This document shows positions 20,381 to 29,387 of a stretch of DNA of 64,000 bases, in pieces. The translations under genes and the position numbers were made by a program. The stretch is from Lacunisphaera sp. (GTDB lineage: Bacteria; Verrucomicrobiota; Verrucomicrobiia; Opitutales; Opitutaceae). A model generated the notes under the pieces. It was not told where the DNA came from. It did not search any database and saw nothing but the letters and a program-made list of their open reading frames with translations. Numbering within the stretch: the first letter of the stretch is position 1; each line of letters starts with the position of its first letter. The stretch spans positions 2,961 through 66,960 of the forward strand of contig JAYUGX010000101.1 in the NCBI GenBank assembly GCA_043738215.1, written 5' to 3'.

Positions 20381-21112
20381 TTGACTGCCGTGCATCCGGC
20401 ATTCGCCCAGACCGATCACCGCCCATGGCTGGCGCCCGGACGACCCTGGGCCTGGAGCATGCAATGGCTGGACCTGACCTTCATCCATTTTGAGGCGGAA
20501 GCGGCGGAGTTGCGGAAATTACTACCGGCCGGAGTCGAACTCGATCTTCATGACGGCAAGGCTTGGATCGGAATTGTGCCTTTCCGCATGGAGGATGTGA
20601 CCAAGCGCGGCTGGCCGGCGCCGGCCTGGCTCTGTGATTTCCCGGAGATAAATGTCCGCACCTACGTGACCGCCGGTGGCAAACGCGGCGTGTGGTTCCT
20701 GAGTTTGGATGCCACTAACGCGCTGGCGGTCTGGACCGCGCGCACTTTTTTCCATGCCCCATATTTCACGGCCGAAGTGACACTGACCGAAACCAACGCC
20801 GGCATCAATTATTCCGCCCACCGGGGTGAGCGGCAGTTTGCCGCCTCTTGTGTGCCGGGGGAACCGGCACCGGCTCAGCCCGGTTCATTTGCCGAGTGGG
20901 CCACGGAGCGCTACTGCCTCTACAGTTTTTCTCCGAAGACGGGTGGCCTGTTTCGCACGGAAGTGCAGCACCGGAAGTGGCCGTTGCACCGCGGGTGGGT
21001 TGAAATTAAAACGAACACACTCTCGGAGGTTCCGCTTGGGCCCATGCACCCCGAGGTGCTGTTCTCCCGCCAGCTCGACGTGGTGATGTGGTCGCTCGCG
21101 CAGATCAACTGA
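20381..21112 (+). CDS. DUF2071/YqjF-family protein
   Basis: W.DL.F.H, FPEINVRTYV, GVWFLSLDA, TERYCLY. Confidence 0.88.
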   Translation: MTAVHPAFAQTDHRPWLAPGRPWAWSMQWLDLTFIHFEAEAAELRKLLPAGVELDLHDGKAWIGIVPFRMEDVTKRGWPAPAWLCDFPEINVRTYVTAGGKRGVWFLSLDATNALAVWTARTFFHAPYFTAEVTLTETNAGINYSAHRGERQFAASCVPGEPAPAQPGSFAEWATERYCLYSFSPKTGGLFRTEVQHRKWPLHRGWVEIKTNTLSEVPLGPMHPEVLFSRQLDVVMWSLAQIN

Positions 21113-21116
21113 CGGC

Positions 21117-21614
21117 TCAACCCTTGCTGTGGGCGTCGCTATCCGTCGCCCAGACGACCAGCCAGCCGCTGTCCTTGTCCACGTAGACCATGGTCGAGGC
21201 ACTGGCATCGCCGGCCTCGACAAAGTCGGCGCGGGCAACCTCGGCCGCGGGGGTGGCCGGGGCAACCGGCTCGGCTGAGGGCGAGCGCAACCCAAGCCAG
21301 GCCAGGGTGAGCGCCGCGGCGGCAGCCAGCGGCGTGCTGAACCAGATTATCGGGGCGAGCGGACGTTTCCTTGCGGGCTTGGCGGCCTCGTCGTGCAGTT
21401 GCGCGCGAAGATCGCGCCATGCCTCGCCCGCGTCCGGCACGGCGACATTGGCGGCGTCCGCCTGGAAGGCGCCCAGCGCCTCGGCCAGGCGGGACCGCAA
21501 TTGCCGGCAGGCGGGGCAGGCTGCGACGTGCCGCTCAAGGGCGGCGCGCTGATCGGAGGTCAGCCCGCCGTCCCGTTCGGCCAAAAGCAGGGTCTCGTTG
21601 TCGCGGCAATTCAT
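21117..21614 (-). CDS. Zinc-finger (zf-HC2) membrane anti-sigma factor
   Basis: MNC..., HVAACPAC motif, one TM segment; in ECF locus. Confidence 0.85.
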   Translation of the reverse strand: MNCRDNETLLLAERDGGLTSDQRAALERHVAACPACRQLRSRLAEALGAFQADAANVAVPDAGEAWRDLRAQLHDEAAKPARKRPLAPIIWFSTPLAAAAALTLAWLGLRSPSAEPVAPATPAAEVARADFVEAGDASASTMVYVDKDSGWLVVWATDSDAHSKG

Positions 21615-21635
21615 GACAGAGGGCAGTTTTTGCAC

Positions 21636-22079
21636 TCAGCCGCGCCGGCCGTAGCTGTAATCGTGGTCGCGCCGGTCGAACCGGTCGTTGGACACCCAGA
21701 CGCGGTCGGTGCGGAGGGTGTAGTAGCCTTCGACGTAGCGCCGATAGCTGCAGCCGTGGTGGCCGCGCTCGACGAGCCAGTAGCCGGGCACCCAGACTTG
21801 GACGGTGACATCCTTCCAGTAACCGGAGTGACTGCGATCATCGTAACGGTCTCCAAAATCGTCGCAGCGATCGTTGCGATCATTGACAATGACAGTGGTG
21901 GGGCCGCGGTCAGCGTAAGAGTAATCGTGCCGGCTGTCGTTGATGGCGTTGGCGACAATCAAGCCGCCGAGAAAGCCACCGACGATGGCGAGACCCCTGT
22001 CGTGGGCCTGGGCAGGCTTGGGCGCGAGGGACAGTGCGGTGGCGGCGATAAGGGCGAGAGCAGTGATTTTGTTTTTCAT
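21636..22079 (-). CDS. Small exported protein with glycine-zipper and WVPGYW motif
   Basis: Signal peptide ending AQA, IVGGFLGGLIV, GYW...VWVPGYW; GGAGG upstream of ATG. Confidence 0.75.
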   Translation of the reverse strand: MKNKITALALIAATALSLAPKPAQAHDRGLAIVGGFLGGLIVANAINDSRHDYSYADRGPTTVIVNDRNDRCDDFGDRYDDRSHSGYWKDVTVQVWVPGYWLVERGHHGCSYRRYVEGYYTLRTDRVWVSNDRFDRRDHDYSYGRRG

Positions 22080-22202
22080 TATGTCCTCCAAGGTTGGGTT
22101 CACTCCTTGGGACGAGGCTCCGGGCGGGTTTATTCAATATTCGTGTGACAGAATTCAGGCATGGCCTAAACGCCTGAACCAGAAGCGCCTGCTGCCCTGC
22201 AT

Positions 22203-22652
22203 TTATCGCCCGATCAAGATCACGGCGTAGACCTCGTCCCTGTTGCCGGTGGAGGGGCCGCCGAGAACCGCGGGCACACCCGGGCTGAGCACCAGCCCGG
22301 TGTTCATCAGCGTGCGGCGGCCGGCCACCCAGCGCACCCGGACATGAATGCCTTTGCCGTCGGAGCTGTCGGTCTCGACCACGAGTTGATGTCCGTCGCC
22401 GAGCGAGAGCTGGCCGCGCTCGGTTACATTGACCGTCGCGTGGTCCTCGCCCAGAAAGCGGTAACTCTCAAAGCGCAGGATGCGGCGCAAGGTGGGCTCG
22501 TAGGGCGCGAGCCGGCGGTCGGTTTCGCCGCGCTCGTTGGACGCGGAGATGAGGATGCCCTGGATGCTGACCCCCTCGGCGGGGCGGGCCGCGAGTGCCA
22601 GGCTGGACAAAATTGCCAGCAGAAGAAAAGAGATGATTTTTGAGTAGTTCAT
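22203..22652 (-). CDS. Exported hypothetical protein
   Basis: Signal peptide; ATGA overlap with the sigma stop. Confidence 0.75.
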   Translation of the reverse strand: MNYSKIISFLLLAILSSLALAARPAEGVSIQGILISASNERGETDRRLAPYEPTLRRILRFESYRFLGEDHATVNVTERGQLSLGDGHQLVVETDSSDGKGIHVRVRWVAGRRTLMNTGLVLSPGVPAVLGGPSTGNRDEVYAVILIGR

Positions 22653-23236
22653 GGTTTGGCTCCTAGTTTTTGCGCCAGCTGACGGCGCGCGTGATAAAGT
22701 CGTGACATGACGGTGCCGGCCGGGATGCCGGTGGCGCGGGCGATTTCCTCGTAAGAAAGCCCCTGAATCTCGCGCAAGGCAAGCACGGCGCGCTGCTTCG
22801 GCGGCAGGGCGTCAATGGCGCCGCGGAGTTGCGCGCGGCGTTCGGTCTGTTCCGTTTCCTGCCGGGTGTCGTCGGCCGCCGCGGGCTCGGGCACGGACTC
22901 GAGCGCGGAGTCGCCAGTGGCAAAGGGGAGAAAGCGGTCATACCAGCGACGGCTTTTCCGCAGGTGATCAATGGCGCGCCGCACCACGATGGGATGCAGC
23001 CAGGTGGTGAATTTCGCGTCACCGCGGAACCCGGGCAATTGCCGCCAGACCGTGAGCCAGATTTCCTGGCAGACATCGCGGGCATCGTGCTCGTGGCGCA
23101 CCATGGAATACACGAGCCGGAAAATCCGCTCATAGTGGGTCCGCATGACCACGCCGAAGGCCGCTTCGTCGCCCGTCTGCGCACGGCGCAGCAATTCAGG
23201 ATCGAGGTCATCGGAGGTCGGGGTTGGGACGGGCAC
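22649..23236 (-). CDS. ECF RNA polymerase sigma factor
   Basis: D..QE.W, FRG.AKFTTWL; region 4 GLSYEEIA...GTVMSRL..AR. Confidence 0.95.
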   Translation of the reverse strand: MPVPTPTSDDLDPELLRRAQTGDEAAFGVVMRTHYERIFRLVYSMVRHEHDARDVCQEIWLTVWRQLPGFRGDAKFTTWLHPIVVRRAIDHLRKSRRWYDRFLPFATGDSALESVPEPAAADDTRQETEQTERRAQLRGAIDALPPKQRAVLALREIQGLSYEEIARATGIPAGTVMSRLYHARRQLAQKLGAKP

Positions 23237-23243
23237 GGGTGGG

Positions 23244-23269
23244 GTACAGGGCGCAGTCAGGACGGTTCC
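23244..23269 (-). promoter_or_regulatory. Possible ECF autoregulatory promoter GGAACC-N16-GTAC
   Basis: Ends 7 nt before the sigma GTG start; resembles ECF consensus. Confidence 0.35.
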
Positions 23270-24513
23270 AGTTTGGACAGGACCACCCGGGCGTCGAGCG
23301 GAAGGTCCACATGAATCAGGCTGCGATTCAACGCCGCGGGATTGGGCGAGCGCAGGCAGAACGCATAGGCCTCGCCGAGGGCAATGTGATTGCCGGCGTT
23401 TTCATCGAGCAGCGGATGGTGGAACAGGCGCCCGGAGCGGGCTAGCGACGTCGTGTGCAAGACCAGGGCGACTTCGCCCAACCGCGCCGCGCCTTCATCG
23501 GTGGCAAGCATTTGCTGCAGGAGGTCGTCATTGGTGCGTGCGGCGGCCTGCACCACCCGGCCGCGCTGAAACTCGAGTTCAATGCCATCGATAGTTGCGC
23601 CGCCATAATTCACGGGCCGCGACACGCGCACCGAGCCCCCGGCCGAATCGCGGTGCGGCAGGGTGAACACCTCCTCGGTCGGCACGTTGGCAACGAAAGG
23701 CCGGCCGGATCTCGTGGTCAGTTGCGCCGTGAACCAGACGTGCTCCGGGGGCAGGGTGACCGTGAGATCGGAGCCCGCACCCTGGTAGCGCAGGGTCTTG
23801 AGATGCTGCGCATTCAGGGCGTCGCGGCATTTTTGCAGTGCCTGCAAGTGGGCCGGCCAGGCGGCGTGAGGACTTTCTTGCGGTGGAACCCAACCTCCGG
23901 GAGGGTTTTCTTGAGCGCGTCCGGAGGTCGCGCTCCACCTCGCAACCCGCAGCGCCTCGAACACGGATTCCCACAAGGCCGCGAGCCGCCCGTCAGCAGG
24001 CAGGTCGGCATAGACGATTTTCGCCCAGCCGGGCGATGGCGCGGGCGCCACGGTCCAATTGGTGGCGCCTTGCACGAGTTGCTGGGCGATGGGCCCGAAA
24101 TATTCCCAGCCAATCCGGCGCAGCTTGCTGACGTCAGCCGACGGGATGCCGTCCAGCAGCCGGGGCTGGCTGCCCTGCAGGAAGAGCAGGGCGTCCTGGT
24201 TTTTTAGATAAGCCTGCATCCGGCGGGCGTTGCCGTCCACCAGTTGGACGAAACCGTGCCAGTCCTTATTCAAAGCATATTCCCTCAGCCGGGCGCCGTC
24301 GCTCCAGATGACTTCAATGCCTGCGGGGTGGGGGCACCCCGCCTCCATGGCCGCGATCCTCACGGCCTCGACAATGACCTCCGCACTCCGCGCCACGCCC
24401 TGCAGTTCGTAGGGCTCGGTGATGAGCAGTCGCTGTCCGGGCTGCAGATTAAGCCCGACGCGGACAATCACCTCGGCGAACAGGCGGAGCCGTGACTCGA
24501 AACCCGGAAGCAT
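23257..24513 (-). CDS. Aminopeptidase, M29 (AmpS/AmpT-like), with in-frame palindromic insert
   Basis: NVPTEEVFT.P, LGEVALV, DENA..HIALG.AY, SLIHVD; C-terminus appears short. Confidence 0.9.
   Translation of the reverse strand: MLPGFESRLRLFAEVIVRVGLNLQPGQRLLITEPYELQGVARSAEVIVEAVRIAAMEAGCPHPAGIEVIWSDGARLREYALNKDWHGFVQLVDGNARRMQAYLKNQDALLFLQGSQPRLLDGIPSADVSKLRRIGWEYFGPIAQQLVQGATNWTVAPAPSPGWAKIVYADLPADGRLAALWESVFEALRVARWSATSGRAQENPPGGWVPPQESPHAAWPAHLQALQKCRDALNAQHLKTLRYQGAGSDLTVTLPPEHVWFTAQLTTRSGRPFVANVPTEEVFTLPHRDSAGGSVRVSRPVNYGGATIDGIELEFQRGRVVQAAARTNDDLLQQMLATDEGAARLGEVALVLHTTSLARSGRLFHHPLLDENAGNHIALGEAYAFCLRSPNPAALNRSLIHVDLPLDARVVLSKLEPS
23882..23939. repeat. GGTGGA...TCCACC REP doublet inside aminopeptidase CDS
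   Basis: Reverse complement matches copies at 49415, 50406, 58285 and 63895. Confidence 0.85.
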
Positions 24514-24533
24514 GCCGTCACTCAGGCAGAAAT

Positions 24534-24565
24534 CACGGAAGCACGGAAGAACGGAGATACGGAAG
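24534..24565. repeat. Four imperfect 8-nt units (CACGGAAG)
   Basis: CACGGAAG CACGGAAG AACGGAGA TACGGAAG. Confidence 0.6.
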
Positions 24566-24586
24566 TGAGCGAATGAGGCCTCGGCA

Positions 24587-24673
24587 TGTCATCCTGAGCG
24601 CAGCGAAGGATCCATGCGTCCGATCTGGTGCCACCTTCGCGGCCCTGGATTCTTCGCTGCGCTCAGAATGACA
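24587..24673. repeat. 87-bp hairpin element TGTCATCCTGAGCGCAGCGAAGGATCC...GGATTCTTCGCTGCGCTCAGAATGACA
   Basis: ~27-bp near-perfect inverted arms; inverted copy at 26376-26463. Confidence 0.9.
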
Positions 24674-24752
24674 GGATGCGCGTATTGGTTTATTTTATTT
24701 GGTATCTGCCATTCCCCGCTGCAACTCTTCCGCGTTCTTGCGATGGCTCCAG

Positions 24753-25274
24753 CTAACGCAACAGACGGAATGATTCCAGGAACTGCAGCGCTTCCTTGCT
24801 GTTCTCGGTGCCGATGGGACCCATATACATGATCTGGTAAAGCCGGTCTCCCGCGAGATAACAACGCGTCCGGGCCACAAACTTGTTCGCTTCATTGACC
24901 AAGATGTATTCCCAGCCCGCCACCTCACCCAGCTTGTGCTCCACATTGGAGCGGACCACGCCCTTCAGGCTGTCCACGACGCCTTTGATGACGTCGCCAT
25001 AAACCTTTTCCCGATCAAGCTTGGCGATGGAGCCGGCCGGATAGTCATTGTAGCCCAGGATATAGGCGGTGGAGTTGGGTCCGTCATTTGAGAACAGATG
25101 CATGATGCCCTTGCCCAGGCCGGAATTAATCTCCGAGGTGCTGCGCTCGACGGGCTGGGGCATATCCACGGTAAACCGGCCGGGCTCGTCCACGAGGGGC
25201 TCCGCGCGCAAGGGTGACAGCCAAAGCAGCCCGAGGCAGAAAATCGATGCACCATAACGCTGGGGTGTGTTCAT
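24753..25274 (-). CDS. Exported hypothetical protein (possibly PsbP/Mog1-like fold)
   Basis: Signal peptide ending LRA; GRFTV.MP ... RLYQI ... FLESF pattern. Confidence 0.75.
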   Translation of the reverse strand: MNTPQRYGASIFCLGLLWLSPLRAEPLVDEPGRFTVDMPQPVERSTSEINSGLGKGIMHLFSNDGPNSTAYILGYNDYPAGSIAKLDREKVYGDVIKGVVDSLKGVVRSNVEHKLGEVAGWEYILVNEANKFVARTRCYLAGDRLYQIMYMGPIGTENSKEALQFLESFRLLR

Positions 25275-25343
25275 GGCGGGAAAACAATCACAAGCGCGGA
25301 TTATTGCCAAGCCCGGAGGCCTGGCCCGCTGCTGACTGCCGGC

Positions 25344-26294
25344 TTACTTGCCGAGTGACTTGCGGAGGTCGTCGAGCTGGTTGGCCGAGCCGAGCAACAC
25401 GTTGCGGCTGGCGATGAACTTTGCGTATTCCTCGATGAAGATTTTGCCCGGCGGACGGAAGTCGAACTCCTTGGGATTGTCGCGGAAGAACTCGCGGTGC
25501 ACGCGGGTCCAGACGAGGCGGCCGTCGGTGTCGATGTTGACCTTGGTGACGCCGCGCTTCGCGGCGGGCAGGTATTCGTTCACGTCGACCCCCATCGAGC
25601 CGGCGATCGTGCCGCCGGCGGCGTTGATCCGGTCGACCTCCTCCTTCGGCACACTGGAACTGCCGTGCATGACAAGTGGGAAACCGGGGAGGCGCGCCTT
25701 GATCTTGTCGAGCACGTCGAAATGGAGGGACTGCTTGCCCTTGAACTTGAAGGCGCCGTGCGAGGTGCCAATGGCGCAGGCGAGGGAGTCGCAGCCGGTT
25801 TTCCGGACGAAGTCCTCGGCCTCGGCCGGGTCGGTCAGGCACGCGTTGCCTTCCTCGACCTTGATGTCCTCCTCGACGCCGCCGAGCATGCCCAGTTCGG
25901 CCTCGACCGAGATGCCCTTGGCATGGGCCTTGTCGACCACGCGCTTGGTGATGGCGACGTTCTTCTCGAAGGGGTCGTGCGAGGCGTCGATCATCACCGA
26001 GCTGAAGAAACCGGAGTTGATGCAGTCATAGCAGGTCTCCTCATCGCCGTGGTCGAGATGGACGGCGAAGATGGCCTCGGGGAAAATCTCGCTGGCGGAG
26101 CGGATGATGGCCTCGAGCATGCGCTTGTCGGTGTATTTGCGCGCGCCCTTGGAAATCTGGATGATGAAGGGCGCCTTGGACGAGATGCAGCCCTTGAAGA
26201 GGCCCATGGCCTGCTCGGCGTTGTTGATGTTGTAGGCGCCGACGGCGTATTTCCCGTAGGCGTGCTTGAAGAGCTGGGCGGTGGTGACGATCAT
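25344..26294 (-). CDS. fba: Class II fructose-bisphosphate aldolase
   Basis: HLDHG, SVMIDAS, VEAELG, GTSHGA.K, VMHGSS, KVNIDTD. Confidence 0.97.
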   Translation of the reverse strand: MIVTTAQLFKHAYGKYAVGAYNINNAEQAMGLFKGCISSKAPFIIQISKGARKYTDKRMLEAIIRSASEIFPEAIFAVHLDHGDEETCYDCINSGFFSSVMIDASHDPFEKNVAITKRVVDKAHAKGISVEAELGMLGGVEEDIKVEEGNACLTDPAEAEDFVRKTGCDSLACAIGTSHGAFKFKGKQSLHFDVLDKIKARLPGFPLVMHGSSSVPKEEVDRINAAGGTIAGSMGVDVNEYLPAAKRGVTKVNIDTDGRLVWTRVHREFFRDNPKEFDFRPPGKIFIEEYAKFIASRNVLLGSANQLDDLRKSLGK

Positions 26295-26375
26295 GGGAAG
26301 AAGGGGGCGCAGACACTTACTCCCTGCAGGAAAGGTGCCACAAGCCTATTGTTGGGCGGAGCAGACTATCGTATC

Positions 26376-26463
26376 TGTCATACTGAGCGAAGCGAAGTAT
26401 CCACGGCTGCGAGCGTGGCGCCATATTCGGACGCATGGATCCTTCGCTGCGCTCAGGATGACA
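26376..26463. repeat. Inverted copy of the 24587 hairpin element
   Basis: Arms and loop both match the reverse complement of 24587-24673. Confidence 0.9.
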
Positions 26464-26489
26464 TTATTACAGAGTCATGCAGGACAGGT

Positions 26490-29291
26490 CTACCGTGGTG
26501 GGAATTCGAAATCCGCCTTGTCCTGCTTCTGGGAGAGCACGAGGTAGGCGCTGAACTTGTTGCCGCGCTTGGACACAAAGCCCTCGATCAGGTTGCTGCG
26601 GCCCTCCTCGACCAGCAGCCGGATTTCGTCAACCGGGATCTCGACCTCGCAAATCTTGCGCGAGCACTTGAACACGGCGCGGTTGTCCTGGCCGGGCTTG
26701 CGCACGTAGAAGGCGTCGTCGGTCATCACCAGTTCGCCGTCGTGCACCTTGCTTTCACCGATGACCGTCGCCTTGGAAAGGTCGAGCGGCACGCGGGCCT
26801 TGCGGGGGATGGGCTTGCCGTCCTTGTCGAGCTTGGCTTTGCGCGGCGGAAATTCCCACGACATCTTCGGTCCCTCGCGCTTGAGAAAGGCGTCGAACGG
26901 CCGGCCCTTCTTTGAGGTGAAGCCAACAATGAGGTCGGTTTTCCCATCGGTCACCATCTTGATCACTTGCTCGGGCGGGATGGGCTTCTGGCACATGATG
27001 CGGCCGATGCGGAAGGTCTGCTTCCAGCCCTCGCCCTCTTTTTCCCGCAGGATGTAGCTGCTGCCGTTTTCACACAGTTGCCCGCCGGTCGCGGGGTCGG
27101 TCCAGAAGGGCGTGAGAGTGGCTATGTCGGCCTTGTCGCCGAAGTCGAACTCCGTCTTCCACTTCTTGAGCGTTGGGTCCTTCTTGTCCTCCACCTGCAC
27201 CAGTTTGATCACGGCGGAGAACCGGTTGCGGGTCTTGTTTGAGATGAACCCGTCGAGCGGACCGACCGAGCGCTTTTCCACCAGCTCCTTGATCTCCGGC
27301 TCCTCCATACGGCGGCCACCGATGACCTTGTAGACCATTAACTCGCCGTCCTTGGACTTGTAGCCGCGGAGCGTCTCGCGCAGGGGTTTGCCGTCGGTGG
27401 GGGACTTGATGTCAGTCACGCGGGCGACCGAGTCGTCTTCCTCGAAATTCTTCACCCGCTCCACGATGCCCTTGGTCTCCTTGATGATCTCGGCCATGAA
27501 CTTATCGCGGGAGAACTTGCCGTGCTCCATCTCGCGGAGGTGAAATTCCCACTCGCCCGTCATCGTCGGGCTGGTGATGTCGTCGGCCTTTACGGCCGTG
27601 AGAAACTGGAGCACCTGCTCGGCCTTGGTCGTCGGCACCAGCTCGCGCTGGTTGCGATCCATGTATTTCTGGTTGATCAGGCCGTCGATGGTGTCGGCCC
27701 GCGTGGCGGGCGTGCCCAGGCCGCGTTCCTTCATGGCCTCGGCGTGGTCCTCGTCCTCGACGAGCTTGCCGGCGCCTTCCATCGCGGAAAGGAGCGTGGC
27801 CTCGGTGTAGCGCGGCGGCGGGCGGGTGCTTTCGGCGTGCAGCACTGGGTTGACCGTGTTCGCCTTGTTCTTGCCCTCGGCGGAGAGCGCCGGCAGCGCC
27901 TTGGACTCGGCTTCGTCATCGCCCACCGTCGCTTTGCCATAGACTGCCAGCCAGCCGGGTGCGGTCAGCACCTTGCCCTCGGTCTTGAAGGTGTGGTTGG
28001 CCACGACGCTGAGCCGCGTGGTCACGTCGAATTCCGCCACGGGGTGGAAGGTCGCCACAAACCGCCGCGCGATCATGTCAAAGAGCTTGGCCTCGGCCTC
28101 GTCGAGGTGCTTGGCCTCGTGCTGGGTCGGGATGATGGCGAAGTGGTCCGAGACCTGGGCATTGTTGAAGATGCGCTTGTTTGGCTGCACCCAGCCGGAG
28201 TCGAGCACGCGCTGGGCGTGAACCTTGAGGTCACCGTGCAGGTTGCCCAGCGTCTCGCGCACCAGCGGCATGTAATCCTCCGGCAAGGCCCGCGAGTCGG
28301 TGCGGGGATAGGTGATCATCTTGTGCCGCTCATAGAGGGCCTGCGCGATTTGAACCGTGCGCTTGGCCGGGAAGCCGAAGCGGCCGTTCGCCTCGCGTTG
28401 CAATGTGGTCAGGTCGTAAAGCCGCGGGGCGATCTGCGTGCTGGGCTTCTTCTCCTCGGTAACCGCAGCCACCGGCTGGCCCGAGCAGGCGGCCATGACA
28501 GCCTCGGCATCCTTCTGCTTCCAGAGGCGGTCGATGCGGTCGTGCTCGTCGTCCTCGCTCTTCTTGAAATCCGGACGCTGGTAGGCGCCTTCGTAGATGC
28601 CCTTGGCCACCTCGAAGCTGGCGGTGACCCGCCAGTAGTCGCGGGGCTTGAAATTGCGGATCTCCAGTTCGCGGTTGTAAACAATCGCCAGGGTGGGGGT
28701 CTGCACGCGGCCGACCGAGGCCACGTTGCCGGCGCGCGAGCCGAACATGCGCTTGGTCAGCGCGCGGGTGCCGTTGATACCGATGAGCCAGTCACTCTCG
28801 CTCCGACAGCGGGCGGCGTCGGCCAGGCCCTGCATCTGCTCGGCGGAACGCAGGGTCTTGAAGGCCGCGATGATGCCGTCGTTGGTCATGGACGACATCC
28901 AGAGCCGCTTGAAGGGCTTTTTGCACTTCGTCAGCTGGTAGATATAAGTGAAGATGAGCTCGCCCTCACGGCCGGCGTCGCAGCCGTTGATGACGCTGGT
29001 GATGTCCTTCCGGGCGAGCAGCTTCTTGAGCTGGCCGAACCGCTCCTTGCCCTCGGGCAGGGGCATGAGCTGGAACTCGTCCGGGATGATCGGCAGGGTC
29101 TCCAGCCGCCAGAAGCCGTATTTCTTTTTGTCGATGTCCTCCGGCATCTGCAGCCCGACCAAATGCCCCACCGCCGACGAAATCACGTATTCGTCGTTTT
29201 CAAAATGCTCGCCCTTCTTGGGGATTTTCCCGAGGGCGCGCGCCAGATCGGCCGCCACGGACGGCTTCTCGGCAATGATGAGACACTTCAT
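26490..29291 (-). CDS. topB: DNA topoisomerase III with C-terminal repeats
   Basis: IAEKPSVA, DAGREGE, GRVQTPTL, TYPRTD, GLGTPATR; repeated GF.SK.GR.F.A units. Confidence 0.95.
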   Translation of the reverse strand: MKCLIIAEKPSVAADLARALGKIPKKGEHFENDEYVISSAVGHLVGLQMPEDIDKKKYGFWRLETLPIIPDEFQLMPLPEGKERFGQLKKLLARKDITSVINGCDAGREGELIFTYIYQLTKCKKPFKRLWMSSMTNDGIIAAFKTLRSAEQMQGLADAARCRSESDWLIGINGTRALTKRMFGSRAGNVASVGRVQTPTLAIVYNRELEIRNFKPRDYWRVTASFEVAKGIYEGAYQRPDFKKSEDDEHDRIDRLWKQKDAEAVMAACSGQPVAAVTEEKKPSTQIAPRLYDLTTLQREANGRFGFPAKRTVQIAQALYERHKMITYPRTDSRALPEDYMPLVRETLGNLHGDLKVHAQRVLDSGWVQPNKRIFNNAQVSDHFAIIPTQHEAKHLDEAEAKLFDMIARRFVATFHPVAEFDVTTRLSVVANHTFKTEGKVLTAPGWLAVYGKATVGDDEAESKALPALSAEGKNKANTVNPVLHAESTRPPPRYTEATLLSAMEGAGKLVEDEDHAEAMKERGLGTPATRADTIDGLINQKYMDRNQRELVPTTKAEQVLQFLTAVKADDITSPTMTGEWEFHLREMEHGKFSRDKFMAEIIKETKGIVERVKNFEEDDSVARVTDIKSPTDGKPLRETLRGYKSKDGELMVYKVIGGRRMEEPEIKELVEKRSVGPLDGFISNKTRNRFSAVIKLVQVEDKKDPTLKKWKTEFDFGDKADIATLTPFWTDPATGGQLCENGSSYILREKEGEGWKQTFRIGRIMCQKPIPPEQVIKMVTDGKTDLIVGFTSKKGRPFDAFLKREGPKMSWEFPPRKAKLDKDGKPIPRKARVPLDLSKATVIGESKVHDGELVMTDDAFYVRKPGQDNRAVFKCSRKICEVEIPVDEIRLLVEEGRSNLIEGFVSKRGNKFSAYLVLSQKQDKADFEFPPR

Positions 29292-29387
29292 TTGGGGCCG
29301 AGCCGTTAGGGGGCGCCGCGAAGAATATCAAGCAATACTTTTTTTGCCGGGTCGCGCGCGGATGCTCGCGCACGAGGGAATCCGGCA

